A program made the position numbers and the translations under genes. The notes beneath the pieces are model-generated. The model saw nothing but the letters and a program-made list of their open reading frames with translations, was not told the origin of the DNA and ran no database searches. Below are positions 1-10,873 of a DNA stretch of 64,000 nt, piece by piece. The stretch's first letter is position 1; each line of letters begins with the position of its first letter. Source of the stretch: Myxococcota bacterium (GTDB lineage Bacteria; Myxococcota; JACRCW01); the NCBI GenBank assembly GCA_040752415.1, contig JBFMGU010000001.1, positions 44,757-108,756 on the forward strand, read 5' to 3'.

Positions 1-2
1 TG

Positions 3-965
3 GCGGGACTCCTGCTCGCGTCCCTCCTCTTGCGTGAATATCGCCGCGGCCTGGTCACGGTTTTCACTGGCGCCGCCGTGAATCTCGCCGTCACGGGAAT
101 CCTGGAGGTGTGGTCCGGGGGGGCGTACCTCGCCACGCTTCGTCACATTGCCGTCGACGACGGTCATAGCGTCTGGGCCACGTATGGTTCCGCCAGGCCA
201 TTCCTGCAGCAGGCCGCGGCGTTGCTTCCTGCCGTGCCACTCGTGCTGAAGCATGGGTGGGACCGGTCGCGCGTGACCTTTGCCTGTTGCTTTGCCGCCT
301 GTTTCCTCATGGCGGCAATTGGAACCAGCAAGAGCGGAGCCAGCCCCACCTATTTCACGTCGGCCGCGGGAATGGCGGTACTGCTCGCCGTCAATTTCCT
401 GCGTGATTGCTCAGAACGCGAGCTGGGCGTCTTTGCCCTGGTCATCCTGGTTGCGGTTGTGGCCATCCGGTTGCCAACGCGCGAGACGTTGTCCGCGTGG
501 AAGCACGCTGCGCTGCTGGAGGTCTCACCCCGGGCGGCGCAGCTTCGGGCGGTGTTGGCCAAGTATGAGGACGGTCCGCTTCTGTCAGAGGACCACGAGT
601 TCTCTTTCGCGAGTCCGCGAGAGGTGATTGCGCATGACCCGCACTCCGTTCGCAGGGCCGTGGAAGTGGGCCGGTTTGACGGCGTGCCTCTGCTGGAGCT
701 GGTCGAGAAGCAGATTCCGGCGGTGGTGATCCTTCACGCCCGTCCCTTCCCGGAGATGTTGAGCCTCCTGTTCCACGTCGACCTGGATGACTTCTCCCGG
801 AAGTTCCATTGCGCTGTGTGGCGCAACTATGTCGTCGTGGAACAGTTCGAGGGCAACCTGATCATGAAACGCCGCGCGGTGAGGGAACAGTCCGCGTGTG
901 ACGCTGCACAGCTCCCCTGGTGGTCGGCGTCCCCCCAGGCCAACGCCGCCCCCGCTCAACCATGA
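3..965 (+). CDS. Membrane protein, 5'-truncated; possibly a GT-C-like integral membrane glycosyltransferase
   Basis: Frame is open from the window start (AGLLLASLLLREY...). Several hydrophobic segments are followed by a soluble C-terminal domain. Lies in a glycan cluster. Confidence 0.5.
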   Translation, partial: AGLLLASLLLREYRRGLVTVFTGAAVNLAVTGILEVWSGGAYLATLRHIAVDDGHSVWATYGSARPFLQQAAALLPAVPLVLKHGWDRSRVTFACCFAACFLMAAIGTSKSGASPTYFTSAAGMAVLLAVNFLRDCSERELGVFALVILVAVVAIRLPTRETLSAWKHAALLEVSPRAAQLRAVLAKYEDGPLLSEDHEFSFASPREVIAHDPHSVRRAVEVGRFDGVPLLELVEKQIPAVVILHARPFPEMLSLLFHVDLDDFSRKFHCAVWRNYVVVEQFEGNLIMKRRAVREQSACDAAQLPWWSASPQANAAPAQP

Positions 966-984
966 GGCAGTTGGTCGAAAGCTC

Positions 985-1851
985 TCACACGCTGCTGGGA
1001 CGGAGCATGTTGAGCGCCGTTTCCACGGCGTTGGCTCCGTGGCGGGCATAGAGCTTCCGGTAGAGCAGGTAGCGCAAGCGCGGGACGCGGAACCGGTTCA
1101 GTTTCTCCTGGTCCTGCCTCAGCCGCGCAGCGACGACGGCGACATCCTCATAGACACCGCGCCAATGTGCGTCGGCGTACTGGCGGGTCAGCCGCATCAC
1201 CTCCTGCTGGCGTCGGTCCCCGCCCGTGCCGGTCTTGTGGCTGGAATGCGCGCGATAGATGGATAGGTAGGCTCCGAGCCTGGTGAAGTCACAGATGCGT
1301 GACGCGCGGATGAACCAGTCCCAGTCGAAGATGAAGTGGTAGGACTCATCAAGCGGCCCGGTCTGTTCCCAGAGGGCGCGGGTCCAGAACGTGCTGGGTT
1401 GGTCATAGTCGTCGGCGTACGTGAGTCTTTCTCGCTCAAACCGGTCCGGAAGCGCAGCGAAACCGTTCACTGCGCCTTCCGTGAAATGCAGGCACCCGCC
1501 GAACACCAGCGCCGGACGCTGCACGTCACCGATGGCGCGCATCACCTTCGTCAGTGCGCACGGGAGGTACATGTCGTCGCTGTTGAGCCAGCACAAGACC
1601 TGGCCACGTGCGCGTTGGAACCCCAGGTTGATGGCGTTGGCCTGGCCGCCGTCCTTGGTGGATTGCCAGTAGGCGAGGTGCCGGTCATACCGACGGAGGA
1701 CCTCAACGGTTTCATCCGTGCTGCCTCCATCCATCACGATCAACTCCTTGTGGGGATAGTCCTGGCCAAGCACCGACGTGATGGCCTCTTCAATGAAGTG
1801 CCCCTGATTGTATGACGGCATCACGACGGAAATGAGCGGAACGTTGTTCAT
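985..1851 (-). CDS. Glycosyltransferase family 2
   Basis: ISVVMPSYNQGHFIEEAITSVLGQDY, MDGGSTDET, WLNSDD and DWDW motifs. ATG at 1851 chosen as start. Confidence 0.93.
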   Translation of the reverse strand: MNNVPLISVVMPSYNQGHFIEEAITSVLGQDYPHKELIVMDGGSTDETVEVLRRYDRHLAYWQSTKDGGQANAINLGFQRARGQVLCWLNSDDMYLPCALTKVMRAIGDVQRPALVFGGCLHFTEGAVNGFAALPDRFERERLTYADDYDQPSTFWTRALWEQTGPLDESYHFIFDWDWFIRASRICDFTRLGAYLSIYRAHSSHKTGTGGDRRQQEVMRLTRQYADAHWRGVYEDVAVVAARLRQDQEKLNRFRVPRLRYLLYRKLYARHGANAVETALNMLRPSSV

Positions 1852-1977
1852 GGGAGGACCTGGTCGCCACAACAGATGGTTTCAGCGCCGCACTCCTGCG
1901 CAACGCGGCCTTGTGATTCGTCGTCTACATGCATGCGTGTTGGGAGTCGAGCAGATTGCCGGCCCCATTGAGAAATC

Positions 1978-3870
1978 ATGCTGAGCAACGCAAGCCAGAG
2001 TGACGAGAAGGGCCGTCCGCCGGAGGGACTCTTCCTCCACTCCTTGGCGATGTGGAATTCGCTTAGGCGTCTGCTGGGGCGGCGCATCATCGGTGCACTC
2101 TGGATGTGCGCGGTGTTGGGAACCATTGGCGCGGGCGGAGAAGTCCTTCTTGCGGGAGCGCTCCAGGCCTTCCTGGTGTCGGTGGGGGCGTTGGATGCGT
2201 CGGTGGCGCCCCGGATTGGGAGCATGACGTGGACGGGCGGCCCGCTCGCAAGCTCGATGTTGCTGCTGGCGGTCGCCGTGGTCCGGTCCGCGCTCCAGTT
2301 CCTGGGGCAACACGTGAACAGCTACGCCGCGGAGGCCGCTGCCTATCGCCTGCGCTGCCTCGCCTACGACGAGCTGATTCACCGCACCACCGACACCCCC
2401 CACACCAACAGCGACTTCCAGTTCCGGAACGGTGAGCTGGTGTCCAAGACCGTGGTCACGGTGCTCAATACCGCGGCGCTCGCGGGTCAGGTGGCCATGG
2501 CAACCCTCCTGTGCGCGGCGCTGGTGGCGGTTGCCCCCGCGCAGACCGCGATCACGCTCGTGCTGCTCGCCCTGCTTCTCGGTGGGTCCCGTCTCCTCGG
2601 TCGTGTTGCACGTGGCGTGGCGGCGCGCATTGCACCGGCGGCAACGCAGATCAACCGCGACGTGGAACGCGTGGCGCGCAACCGCCTGTACCTGAAGCTG
2701 ATGGGGCTTGAGAGACTGGAGCAGGTGAACCTGAGCACGCGCAGCCTGACCTATTCGCAATACGTGGTCCGCGCGGCGGCCGCGGCTTCGGGGGTGTCCG
2801 CGTTGACCGGTGCGGGCGCCCTTACCGTGGTGGTGCTTGTCGCGCTCGGCAGTGCGTCGTCGGGAACGGGAGGTGCCGCGCTGCTGACGTTCTTCTACCT
2901 GCTGGTCCGGCTCGGCCAGGCGGCCCAGGGTGTTTCCAGCAACGTGACGGTGCTCCAGAACCTCTGGCCGGTGTTTCGTCATGCGCTCGAGTTCGCCGAC
3001 TCTGTGTCTGATGAGCAGCTCGCGCGCGCGCATGGTGCGTCCGGTCCCGTTTCGTTCCTTGGCGGCGCACATCCCGTGGTGGGGATGGGGCAGGCGCGCA
3101 CGTCGACGGGTGCCGCACCGGTCCCGCCCCCGCGCATCTCCATCCGGGGTCTGCACTACAACTACCCCGGCGGACCCGCCGTGCTGCGCGGATTGGACCT
3201 CGAGGTTGCGCCCGGCGCACACCTGGGCATTGTGGGACCCAGTGGAGCCGGGAAGACCACGCTCTTGATGCTTCTGTTGGGGATGTTGAAGCCCGGCGCG
3301 GGTGAGGTCCGGCTCGACGACCTGGCTGCCGCGGATTGGCTGACGAAGCACCGCTTCGCCGTTGGCTATGTCGGGCCAGACCCCATGCTCATTGCGGGCA
3401 CGGTGCGCAGCAACCTCTTCTACGGCCTCCCCATGGACCTGCCGCCCGAGCAGCTCGACGCCGTTGCGATTGACGTGCTGAAGCAGGCAAGGCTCGCCAC
3501 GTTTGCCACCCCGGAAGGACTCAACCGGATCATCACCGAAGAAGGGGAGGGACTCTCCGCCGGCCAGAAGCAACGCCTCGCGTTTGCCCGCGCCCTCATG
3601 CGGCAACCGGCGCTGCTGATCTTGGACGAACCCACCGCCAATCTCGACGGCGAGACCGAGGCTGAGCTCGTGCAGACCATTGCCAGCCTCCGCGCACGGT
3701 GCACCGTGGTCATTGTCACGCATCGACCGACGTTGCTGGTGACCACCGATCACGTGCTGGACTTGGGCGCTTCCAACGGCGCCAGGATTTCTTCCAGGAG
3801 CGCGGGCGAACTCGCCGGCGAAATCCCAGAGCGACCGGTGTCTGGAGTTGCGGAACCGGTGCGGGAATAG
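1978..3870 (+). CDS. ABC transporter permease/ATP-binding fusion (MsbA/PglK-like glycan exporter)
   Basis: N-terminal TM domain, Walker A GPSGAGKT, signature LSAGQKQR, Walker B LLILDE, H-loop VTHR. Confidence 0.9.
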   Translation: MLSNASQSDEKGRPPEGLFLHSLAMWNSLRRLLGRRIIGALWMCAVLGTIGAGGEVLLAGALQAFLVSVGALDASVAPRIGSMTWTGGPLASSMLLLAVAVVRSALQFLGQHVNSYAAEAAAYRLRCLAYDELIHRTTDTPHTNSDFQFRNGELVSKTVVTVLNTAALAGQVAMATLLCAALVAVAPAQTAITLVLLALLLGGSRLLGRVARGVAARIAPAATQINRDVERVARNRLYLKLMGLERLEQVNLSTRSLTYSQYVVRAAAAASGVSALTGAGALTVVVLVALGSASSGTGGAALLTFFYLLVRLGQAAQGVSSNVTVLQNLWPVFRHALEFADSVSDEQLARAHGASGPVSFLGGAHPVVGMGQARTSTGAAPVPPPRISIRGLHYNYPGGPAVLRGLDLEVAPGAHLGIVGPSGAGKTTLLMLLLGMLKPGAGEVRLDDLAAADWLTKHRFAVGYVGPDPMLIAGTVRSNLFYGLPMDLPPEQLDAVAIDVLKQARLATFATPEGLNRIITEEGEGLSAGQKQRLAFARALMRQPALLILDEPTANLDGETEAELVQTIASLRARCTVVIVTHRPTLLVTTDHVLDLGASNGARISSRSAGELAGEIPERPVSGVAEPVRE

Positions 3871-3873
3871 CGG

Positions 3874-5421
3874 TCAGGTCTCCCCCGACGCGACGCGCCG
3901 TCGATGGACCAGCCAATGGTACGGTTCACCGGACGCAACAGAGCGGCACATGTCATCGACCTCAGGCAGCGAGAACACCGCGTTGGGATCCTGGTGAACC
4001 CACGACGTGAAGAATTCCTGGAGCGGATTGAATTGCGTTTTGATGAAACCGCAGGCCTGGGTCAGATAGAAGCAGCGCCACGCCGACTCGCGCTGCGACT
4101 CGCTCAGGCGGCCACCACGCGACATCAGGGCCTCGCGGATGAGCTGATGGTATTCCTCACGCGAGCCGGCGCGCTGAACAAAAGGCAGCCCCGCGTAGTA
4201 GCTGCGGGCCTCCACGATCACGGGAATTCCGAGCGCGGCGCACTCAATGCCGAACGTCGACACCTTGGGAAGTACCAGGCTCGTGCTGCGGACCAGGTCG
4301 TAGCTGTTGACCTTCTGCTCCGCACGGATGAACTCCAGTCGCGGGTTGGCCAGCCAGGGAGCGAGCGCGCCTGCCCAGTCCAGCGGGCTGCTGAACTCCT
4401 CAAGTCGCTCGTGCGGATGTTGACGGACAATCACGCGCGCGTCGGTCTCCGTCAGGATGAACCTCACCGTGTCCGCCAGCCAATCCGTGGCGCAGTCATA
4501 GAGCGTGTGCGTCCGCAAGGCCGCCGCATCCCACTCGATGTTCAACGGAATCAGGACCTGCTTCGTCGTGTTTTGATGCGAGGACGCCTCCAGCGGAGTG
4601 TTCGTCGGGACGGGCTGGAAGTCGTCGGAGCCCTGGGTCCGACGCTGCATCTCCGCGCGCCCCCAGGCCACCGTCCGGGCCAGCTCGGCGGGGTCCGCGC
4701 GTTCCAGCTGCGCCATGGCCACGGCGACGTCGGCGTGTTGCGCGGCAATGCCCGTCCCGCTGAACAGGATGCTCGCGGGGCCGAAATCCAGCGTTGCCAC
4801 GCGAACCCCCAGCGACTCCGCCGCAGCCAACGCTGGCCCACTTGCGCCCCAGAATCCGCCCGGCATGTACAGCGCGGAGACTCCAAGCCTTGCCAGGTGG
4901 CCCCGCAGCGCCTCGTACAGCGGGAGCAGCGCGCGGGCGCGGACCGAAACCTCCGACGAGGCGCGCCTGGGAAGGTCTCGCGCGCGGCTGTCCCAGATCA
5001 GCTGGGCCTGCGCAATGAGGTCAAGCTCGGGCGGAATGGGACCGGAGGAGCGTCGCGCTGGAATGACGTCGACACAGCCGGCGCAGGATGCAAGGTCGGG
5101 AACCAGGCGGCGCAGGATGGCGGATTCTCGCAGCTCATGCTCCCGGTCAAACTCGCGCGCCTGGGGATGCGGACAGACGATGAAGCTCACGTCGTGGCCA
5201 CGCTGTCTGAGCGCAAGACCCAGAGCCACGCTGTGCAGGGGTACCGTCCCATGGACCCACGGCGTGATGAGGACACCCACGCGGCTTCCTCCTTGCTGGA
5301 CGCGAGGAAGGAGCGGTCGGGCGCGACGGATGAAGTCCTGCATGAGCGCGGTGTGCGTTTCCAGCGGCGCGCGAATCCCCTTCAACCAATCACGGCTCCG
5401 CCGCAGGACCTGCCTGAGCAT
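3874..5421 (-). CDS. Capsule/LPS polysaccharide biosynthesis protein (GT-B-like, KpsC/S-type C-terminus)
   Basis: VIVRQHPHE and STFGIECAALGIPVIV motifs plus cluster context. Start uncertain (5421 or 5487); the track's longer N-terminus looks non-coding. Confidence 0.65.
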   Translation of the reverse strand: MLRQVLRRSRDWLKGIRAPLETHTALMQDFIRRARPLLPRVQQGGSRVGVLITPWVHGTVPLHSVALGLALRQRGHDVSFIVCPHPQAREFDREHELRESAILRRLVPDLASCAGCVDVIPARRSSGPIPPELDLIAQAQLIWDSRARDLPRRASSEVSVRARALLPLYEALRGHLARLGVSALYMPGGFWGASGPALAAAESLGVRVATLDFGPASILFSGTGIAAQHADVAVAMAQLERADPAELARTVAWGRAEMQRRTQGSDDFQPVPTNTPLEASSHQNTTKQVLIPLNIEWDAAALRTHTLYDCATDWLADTVRFILTETDARVIVRQHPHERLEEFSSPLDWAGALAPWLANPRLEFIRAEQKVNSYDLVRSTSLVLPKVSTFGIECAALGIPVIVEARSYYAGLPFVQRAGSREEYHQLIREALMSRGGRLSESQRESAWRCFYLTQACGFIKTQFNPLQEFFTSWVHQDPNAVFSLPEVDDMCRSVASGEPYHWLVHRRRVASGET

Positions 5422-5843
5422 GGCTGCATTTGCTCTCAGCGCTCCGGGAAAATGGGGGAGCAACCCGCGGGTCTGTACCTTATCCATGGTGGCCGCCACC
5501 CTCCATGTTGTCCCAACAAAGCGCAAGTTCGCGGTCGCTCGCTGACCGTTGCCGGATGGAGAACCCCTCGGGCCCCCTCCGGATGGTTTCGGTTTGTGGC
5601 ACGTCTCTTCGTCGTTGTTCATGCCCGCCGGGCCGGAAGGTGGGATGGACAGAAGGGGCAACCCTTGCGCCTCGGCGCCCATCCTGTTCTGTGCCCTGAG
5701 CGCACCCAAGCTCATCCGGCGAAGGGCGAAGGCTGCCAAGAGGTTGGCCGTGGAGCGCCAGCGTTCAACGCGCCTGGCTTGACGACGTTCTCCCGAATCT
5801 TGTGCGTGAACATCGATCCACTGCGTGGCTTCCAAGGAGTGTC

Positions 5844-6728
5844 ATGAAGCGGTTCACCTGGGACGAGATGCGAGAGTACTGGGGCCACCACAACGTCCTG
5901 CGGGCGCAGGTGGACCGCGACACGGACCCCGACGCGCTGGACAACGTGCTTCACACCGGCGAGCCGCCCTGGTTGAACCAGTACTATGCCAAGTACCAAC
6001 GGATCACGTACGAGTCCCTCCTTGCCGGCGTCCCGCCGCCGCGACCGGGGGCGCGCGCACTGGACGTCGGGTGTGGAGCTGGCCGGTGGTGTCGCTTGCT
6101 TGCGCAGTGGGGATACCGCGTCACGGGAATAGACCTCCAGGAATCGCTGATCCAGGAAAACCAACGGCGAAATCCCACCATTGAGTTCCAGTGCGTTTCC
6201 CTCCAGGACTTCCGCACCGAAGAGCCGTATGACCTGGTTTCAACGGTCACGGTCATCCAGCACAATCCGCACGACGAGCAGCACGCGATGATCGCCCAGC
6301 TCCGTCGGCTCCTGCGTCCGGGCGGGCACGCACTCATCCTCGAGAACATCCGCGACCAGGGCGCCCACGTGTTCTCCAACAGTGTGGAAGAGTGGGAACG
6401 TCGGTTCGCCTCGCATGGGTTCCGGCGCGTGTTGATTCAACGCTATGACTACAGCCCGCTGACGCGCATCTACGCCACGGTGCGCGGGCGGGTTGCCGCA
6501 ATTCCTCGTCGTTTCCTTGGTGGCGCGCCGCAAGGCGGGGGAGGCGTCGAGGTGTACATGACGTCTCACATCCCGCGGCGGAATGGGTCCATGGGCGCTC
6601 TGCGTCGCGGAGACCTTGCGATCCGCCATATCCTTGTCCGCATGGATGATGTCATCGAGCCAACGCTGACTAGGCGGAACCTGCCATTGCCGACGGTCCA
6701 CTGCGGTTTCCTTTTCGAGGCGGTGTGA
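5844..6728 (+). CDS. Class I SAM-dependent methyltransferase
   Basis: ALDVGCGAG motif I, VTGID, YDLV and LLRPGG. AGGAG Shine-Dalgarno before ATG 5844. Confidence 0.9.
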   Translation: MKRFTWDEMREYWGHHNVLRAQVDRDTDPDALDNVLHTGEPPWLNQYYAKYQRITYESLLAGVPPPRPGARALDVGCGAGRWCRLLAQWGYRVTGIDLQESLIQENQRRNPTIEFQCVSLQDFRTEEPYDLVSTVTVIQHNPHDEQHAMIAQLRRLLRPGGHALILENIRDQGAHVFSNSVEEWERRFASHGFRRVLIQRYDYSPLTRIYATVRGRVAAIPRRFLGGAPQGGGGVEVYMTSHIPRRNGSMGALRRGDLAIRHILVRMDDVIEPTLTRRNLPLPTVHCGFLFEAV

Positions 6729-7999
6729 GACTGCGGGACTCAGCAGCGCGTTGGGACCGGGAGCTTGAAGGCCCGGCATCTCATCGCCCGTCGGATGTTG
6801 CGACGGGGGACGCCTCGGAGCCTGCCACCAGCGGGAGCCCGGGCGTGAAGTCCCGGCTGTACCTTCCCTCGCTCGACGGACTCCGCTTCATCGCATTCCT
6901 TCTCGTCTTCATCCACCACAGTCCGCCCTTCGTCGTGGAAGGCGCGCGGAATGTGGCCGTTCGAATACTGCACGGAATCCAGAGCCGGGGCTGGATTGGC
7001 GTGGACCTCTTCTTCGCGCTCAGCGCGTACCTCCTGACCCGCCTTCTCTGCCGAGAGCACGCGGCCTTTGGAAGCATCGACCTGCGCTCGTTCTATGTCC
7101 GGCGGGCGCTTCGCATCTGGCCGCTGCATTTCTTCGCCGTGTTGGTTGGCACACTGTTGCTTCCGCTTGCGGGCGTCCTGGGACCGGCCTGGACGACGGA
7201 GGAGCACACGCAGCTGGTGCAACGCCACACCATTGCGAACGTCCTCCTGATGGGAAACTACTCGGCGGGCATCTGGGGTTATGCACCCAGCAAGATGATG
7301 AGCGCGCTGTGGAGCATCAGCCTCGAGGAGCAGTTCTACCTCTTCTGGCCGTGGACGCTTCGATACGTTCTCAAACGCTCACCATGGGCCCGACTCCTCA
7401 TCCTCCTCGGGATGGTCCTGTTGTCCGTCACCGCAAAACTCTGCCTGGCGTCGGTGACCCAGCATCCATTCCTGTGGACGGCGACGTTCTGTCGTCTTGA
7501 ACCGTTCGTCATCGGGGCGGCGCTGGCGCTGGCCGCAGAAGGGCTCCTGCCCGTGCGTTTCCGTCAGCCCTCGCCCTTCGCCGCGTTGATGGCACTGATG
7601 GCGTCCGTGGCGCTCGTGGCAGCGCTTCCCAACGTGGACAGCCAGGGCCTGAGCTCCATCGCGCTGTTTGGTGCGGCGGCGTGTTTCGCGGGGTCGTTGC
7701 TTCCGCTCGCCCTGGCGGAGGGAAGCACCATGATGCGCGTGCTCGGAAGCCCGCCCGCTCGCTGGATGGGGACGGTCACCTATGGCTTGTACGTGTACCA
7801 CATCGCTGCGTTCGCGATTGTCGGCGGAGAGGTGGAGCAGACGGGCCTGCAACCCGGAGCGCCTCTCACCTGGTTTGTGACCACGTTGGCGGCACTTCTG
7901 CTGACGGGAGCGTTGGCGCGAGTTTCGTACGCGTTGCTGGAGCGGCCATTTGTCCGCATGAAGGACCGCTATGCGCGGATTCTCTCTCGCCCACCGTGA
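6725..7999 (+). CDS. Acyltransferase family 3 (OafA/YrhL-like O-acetyltransferase)
   Basis: SLDGLRFIA, GVDLFFALSAYL, RRALRIWP, WSISLEEQFY and YGLYVYH motifs; multiple TM segments. Confidence 0.93.
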   Translation: MRLRDSAARWDRELEGPASHRPSDVATGDASEPATSGSPGVKSRLYLPSLDGLRFIAFLLVFIHHSPPFVVEGARNVAVRILHGIQSRGWIGVDLFFALSAYLLTRLLCREHAAFGSIDLRSFYVRRALRIWPLHFFAVLVGTLLLPLAGVLGPAWTTEEHTQLVQRHTIANVLLMGNYSAGIWGYAPSKMMSALWSISLEEQFYLFWPWTLRYVLKRSPWARLLILLGMVLLSVTAKLCLASVTQHPFLWTATFCRLEPFVIGAALALAAEGLLPVRFRQPSPFAALMALMASVALVAALPNVDSQGLSSIALFGAAACFAGSLLPLALAEGSTMMRVLGSPPARWMGTVTYGLYVYHIAAFAIVGGEVEQTGLQPGAPLTWFVTTLAALLLTGALARVSYALLERPFVRMKDRYARILSRPP

Positions 8000-8175
8000 G
8001 CGAGCGCGCACGGAAACGGGATCCAACACCGGCGTGCCGTCGTGTTAGGAGACTTGGCAGTTGGGAACGCCGGAGCCGTAGCCGGGGCCGAGACGATGCA
8101 TGGAGCGGGGTGCGCTCCCTCGGAAGAAATGCCTCACCAGTGAACGCAGAGCTGGGACTGAGGCACGGAGCTGAC

Positions 8176-9276
8176 ATGGTGGATTTCAACGCGCTGAAAC
8201 CAGCGAACGAGGAGCTTGACCAGGACCTGGCGGCCGCGGCGCTGCGGGTCCTTCGCAGCGGGTGGTACATCCTCGGCCCAGAGGTGGAAGCGTTCGAGCA
8301 CGCGTTCGCGCAGTACCACGGCATCCCGTTCGCCATCGGCGTCGCGAATGGGACCGACGCGCTGGAGCTGGCGCTGCGGGCCGCGGGCGTGGGCCCCGGT
8401 GACGAGGTCATCACGGTCGCTCACACCGCGGTGGCCACCGTATGCGCGGTGGAGCGCACCGGCGCCCGCCCCGTCCTCGTCGACATTGACCCTGTTACAT
8501 ACACCATGGACCCCGCCGCGGCCGAAGCGGCCATCACGCCTCGGACCCGCGCACTGGTGCCGGTCCACCTCTACGGTCACCCTGCGAACCTCGGTGCCTT
8601 GACCGAGCTCGCGCGTCGTCACGGGCTCTTCCTCCTGGAGGATTGTGCGCAGGCCCATGGCGCAACCTGGGCGGGAGAGAAGGTCGGCACGTTCGGGAAC
8701 GCCGCGGCATTCAGTTTCTATCCCACCAAGAATCTCGGCGCGTTGGGTGACGGTGGCGCCATCATCACCAGGGACGCGGCGCTCGCGGAGCGCATCCGTC
8801 GCTTGCGCAACTACGGACAGAAGGCGCGCTATGAGCACGTGGAGCGCGGCATCAACAGCCGTCTCGACGAGCTTCAGGCAGCGTTGTTGCGTGTGAAGCT
8901 CCAGCACCTGGACGAGCACAACGCCCGACGTCAGGCGGTTGCACACGCGTACACGACGGGCCTGCGGGGCGTGGACGTGCCGGTGGTTGCGGCGGGCGCT
9001 GGGCACGTCTTCCACCTCTACGTGGTCCGCCACCGGCAGCGCGACCAGCTCGCGGCCTTGCTGAAGCAGAACGGCGTCCACACGCTGATTCACTATCCCA
9101 TCCCGGTGCATCGTCAGCAGGCCTATGCGGACCTCAGGCTCGACGTGGGCTCGCTGCCGGTGACCGAGAAGATCGCCTCAGAGATTCTCTCTCTTCCCCT
9201 CTATGTTGGCATTCCGACGTCCGCCGTGGGCGAGGTGATTGACGTCGTGAACCGGGTGCAGGCGGAGCTCGCATGA
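8176..9276 (+). CDS. DegT/DnrJ/EryC1/StrS sugar aminotransferase (FdtB/QdtB-like)
   Basis: GVANGTDAL, EDCAQAHG, FSFYPTKNLGALGDGG (PLP lysine), NSRLDELQAA. GGAG before ATG 8176. Confidence 0.95.
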   Translation: MVDFNALKPANEELDQDLAAAALRVLRSGWYILGPEVEAFEHAFAQYHGIPFAIGVANGTDALELALRAAGVGPGDEVITVAHTAVATVCAVERTGARPVLVDIDPVTYTMDPAAAEAAITPRTRALVPVHLYGHPANLGALTELARRHGLFLLEDCAQAHGATWAGEKVGTFGNAAAFSFYPTKNLGALGDGGAIITRDAALAERIRRLRNYGQKARYEHVERGINSRLDELQAALLRVKLQHLDEHNARRQAVAHAYTTGLRGVDVPVVAAGAGHVFHLYVVRHRQRDQLAALLKQNGVHTLIHYPIPVHRQQAYADLRLDVGSLPVTEKIASEILSLPLYVGIPTSAVGEVIDVVNRVQAELA

Positions 9277-10271
9277 CACACATGGACCTTTCCGCATACC
9301 GCGGCGCGCGCGTTCTCATCACCGGCGGGATGGGTTTCCTGGGCAGCAGTCTGGCACTGCGTCTGGTGGAGCTGGGCGCCCGCGTGACGGTGATGGACGC
9401 CATGCTGCCCGGCTATGGCGGCAACCTCTTCAACATCGCTCCCATCCGCGAGAAGATCACCGTCAATTTCAGCGACATTCGCGACGTCAACGTCATGAAC
9501 TACCTGGTGGCTGGCCAGGACGTCATCTTCCACCTCGCGGGACAGGTGGACCACGTGATGAGCCTGACCGACCCCTACCCGGATATCGACATCAACATTC
9601 GCGGCACCGCGGTGCTCATGGAGGCCTGCAAGCACCACAACAAAGATGCGCGCGTTGTGAAGGCGGGAACGCGCGGGCAATACGGGCCCGCGGTGTCGTT
9701 GCCGGTGAGTGAATCAGCGCCAAGCCATCCGCGCGGCATCTATGAAATCTCGCTCCTCACCGCCGAGAAGATCATGCAGGTCTACAACGACGTGCATGGC
9801 ATCAAGACGGTGATGCTGCGGCTGACCAACATCTACGGTCCTCGCGCCCAGATGCGGCACGCGCGTTATGGCGTTGCCAATTGGTTCGTGCGGCTGGCGC
9901 TGGACGATCAGGTCATCAAGGTTTTCGGCGACGGCACCATCAAGCGGGACTTCCTCTACGTCGACGATTGCATCGAGGCCCTGCTGCTGGCGGGAGTCAA
10001 CCCGGCGGCAACCGGGGAGGTCATCAACGTCGGGCGCGACGATTGGTCGAACTTCAAGGAGCTGGCGGAGGTGCTCATTGAGGTGGCGGGGCAAGGGCGC
10101 TGGGAGTACGCGCCGTTCACGCCGGAGCGAAAGGCGCAGGAGCCCGGCGACTTCTATTCGGACATCACCAAGATCCGGAGACTCCTGGGGTGGGAGCCAA
10201 GGACGCCGTTGCGGGAGGGTCTGAAGGCCACCCTGAGCTACTATCGAGCCAACCGTGAGCACTACTGGTAA
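9273..10271 (+). CDS. NAD-dependent nucleotide-sugar epimerase/dehydratase
   Basis: ITGGMGFLG, RLTNIYGP, RDFLYVDD and LGWEP motifs. Start overlaps the upstream stop (ATGA). Confidence 0.92.
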   Translation: MTHMDLSAYRGARVLITGGMGFLGSSLALRLVELGARVTVMDAMLPGYGGNLFNIAPIREKITVNFSDIRDVNVMNYLVAGQDVIFHLAGQVDHVMSLTDPYPDIDINIRGTAVLMEACKHHNKDARVVKAGTRGQYGPAVSLPVSESAPSHPRGIYEISLLTAEKIMQVYNDVHGIKTVMLRLTNIYGPRAQMRHARYGVANWFVRLALDDQVIKVFGDGTIKRDFLYVDDCIEALLLAGVNPAATGEVINVGRDDWSNFKELAEVLIEVAGQGRWEYAPFTPERKAQEPGDFYSDITKIRRLLGWEPRTPLREGLKATLSYYRANREHYW

Positions 10272-10839
10272 ACCGCCCTTCATCCACTCGCACGCCCTCG
10301 TGGAGCCGGGCGCGTCGCTGGGCCATGGGACCCGCGTCTGGGCATTCGCGCATGTCCTTCCGGGTGCGGTCATTGGTGAGGACTGCAACATCTGCGACCA
10401 CACCTTCGTCGAGAACGACGTCCGCATCGGCCATCGTGTCACGCTGAAGTGCGGCGTTCACGTGTGGGACGGTCTCCGCATCGAGGATGACGTTTTCGTG
10501 GGGCCGAGCGCGGTGTTCACCAACGATCTCCGCCCGCGCAGCAAGCAATACCCCGAGCAGTTCCCCGAAACGTGGCTAAGGCGTGGATGCAGCATTGGTG
10601 CCGGCGCCATCATCCTGCCGGGCATCGAGATTGGTGCCTGGGCCATGGTCGGGGCTGGCGCGGTGGTCACCCGGAGTGTTCCGGCACACGCGCTGGTGAT
10701 TGGGAACCCGGCACGGTTTCGCTCGTGGGTGTGTCGCTGCGGAACAAAGCTGGAGCCTGGGCAGGTGAGTCCCTGTTCATGCGGGCGAAAGTGGAATTGG
10801 TCAGCAGATGGCGCTCCCGCCGAAGTGACGTCAAGCTGA
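10255..10839 (+). CDS. Hexapeptide-repeat sugar N-acetyltransferase (WxcM/QdtC/WbpD-like) with C-terminal CxC...CxC knuckle
   Basis: Left-handed beta-helix repeats, VFTND, GAGAVVTRSVP, GNPAR, WVCRCG...CSCG. Confidence 0.9.
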   Translation: MSTTGKPPFIHSHALVEPGASLGHGTRVWAFAHVLPGAVIGEDCNICDHTFVENDVRIGHRVTLKCGVHVWDGLRIEDDVFVGPSAVFTNDLRPRSKQYPEQFPETWLRRGCSIGAGAIILPGIEIGAWAMVGAGAVVTRSVPAHALVIGNPARFRSWVCRCGTKLEPGQVSPCSCGRKWNWSADGAPAEVTSS

Positions 10840-10873
10840 GTTGGCGAGCTGCCATCAGGACGCCAGGAACAAC

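Noticed and set aside
5422..5843. Sigma-54 promoter-like TGGCACG near 5597 and the N-terminal ORF extension
   Set aside because: The -12 element reads TTCG rather than TTGC, and the extension looks non-coding.
7681..8175. N-terminal extension of the DegT aminotransferase
   Set aside because: It overlaps the acyltransferase gene. Family homology starts at ATG 8176.
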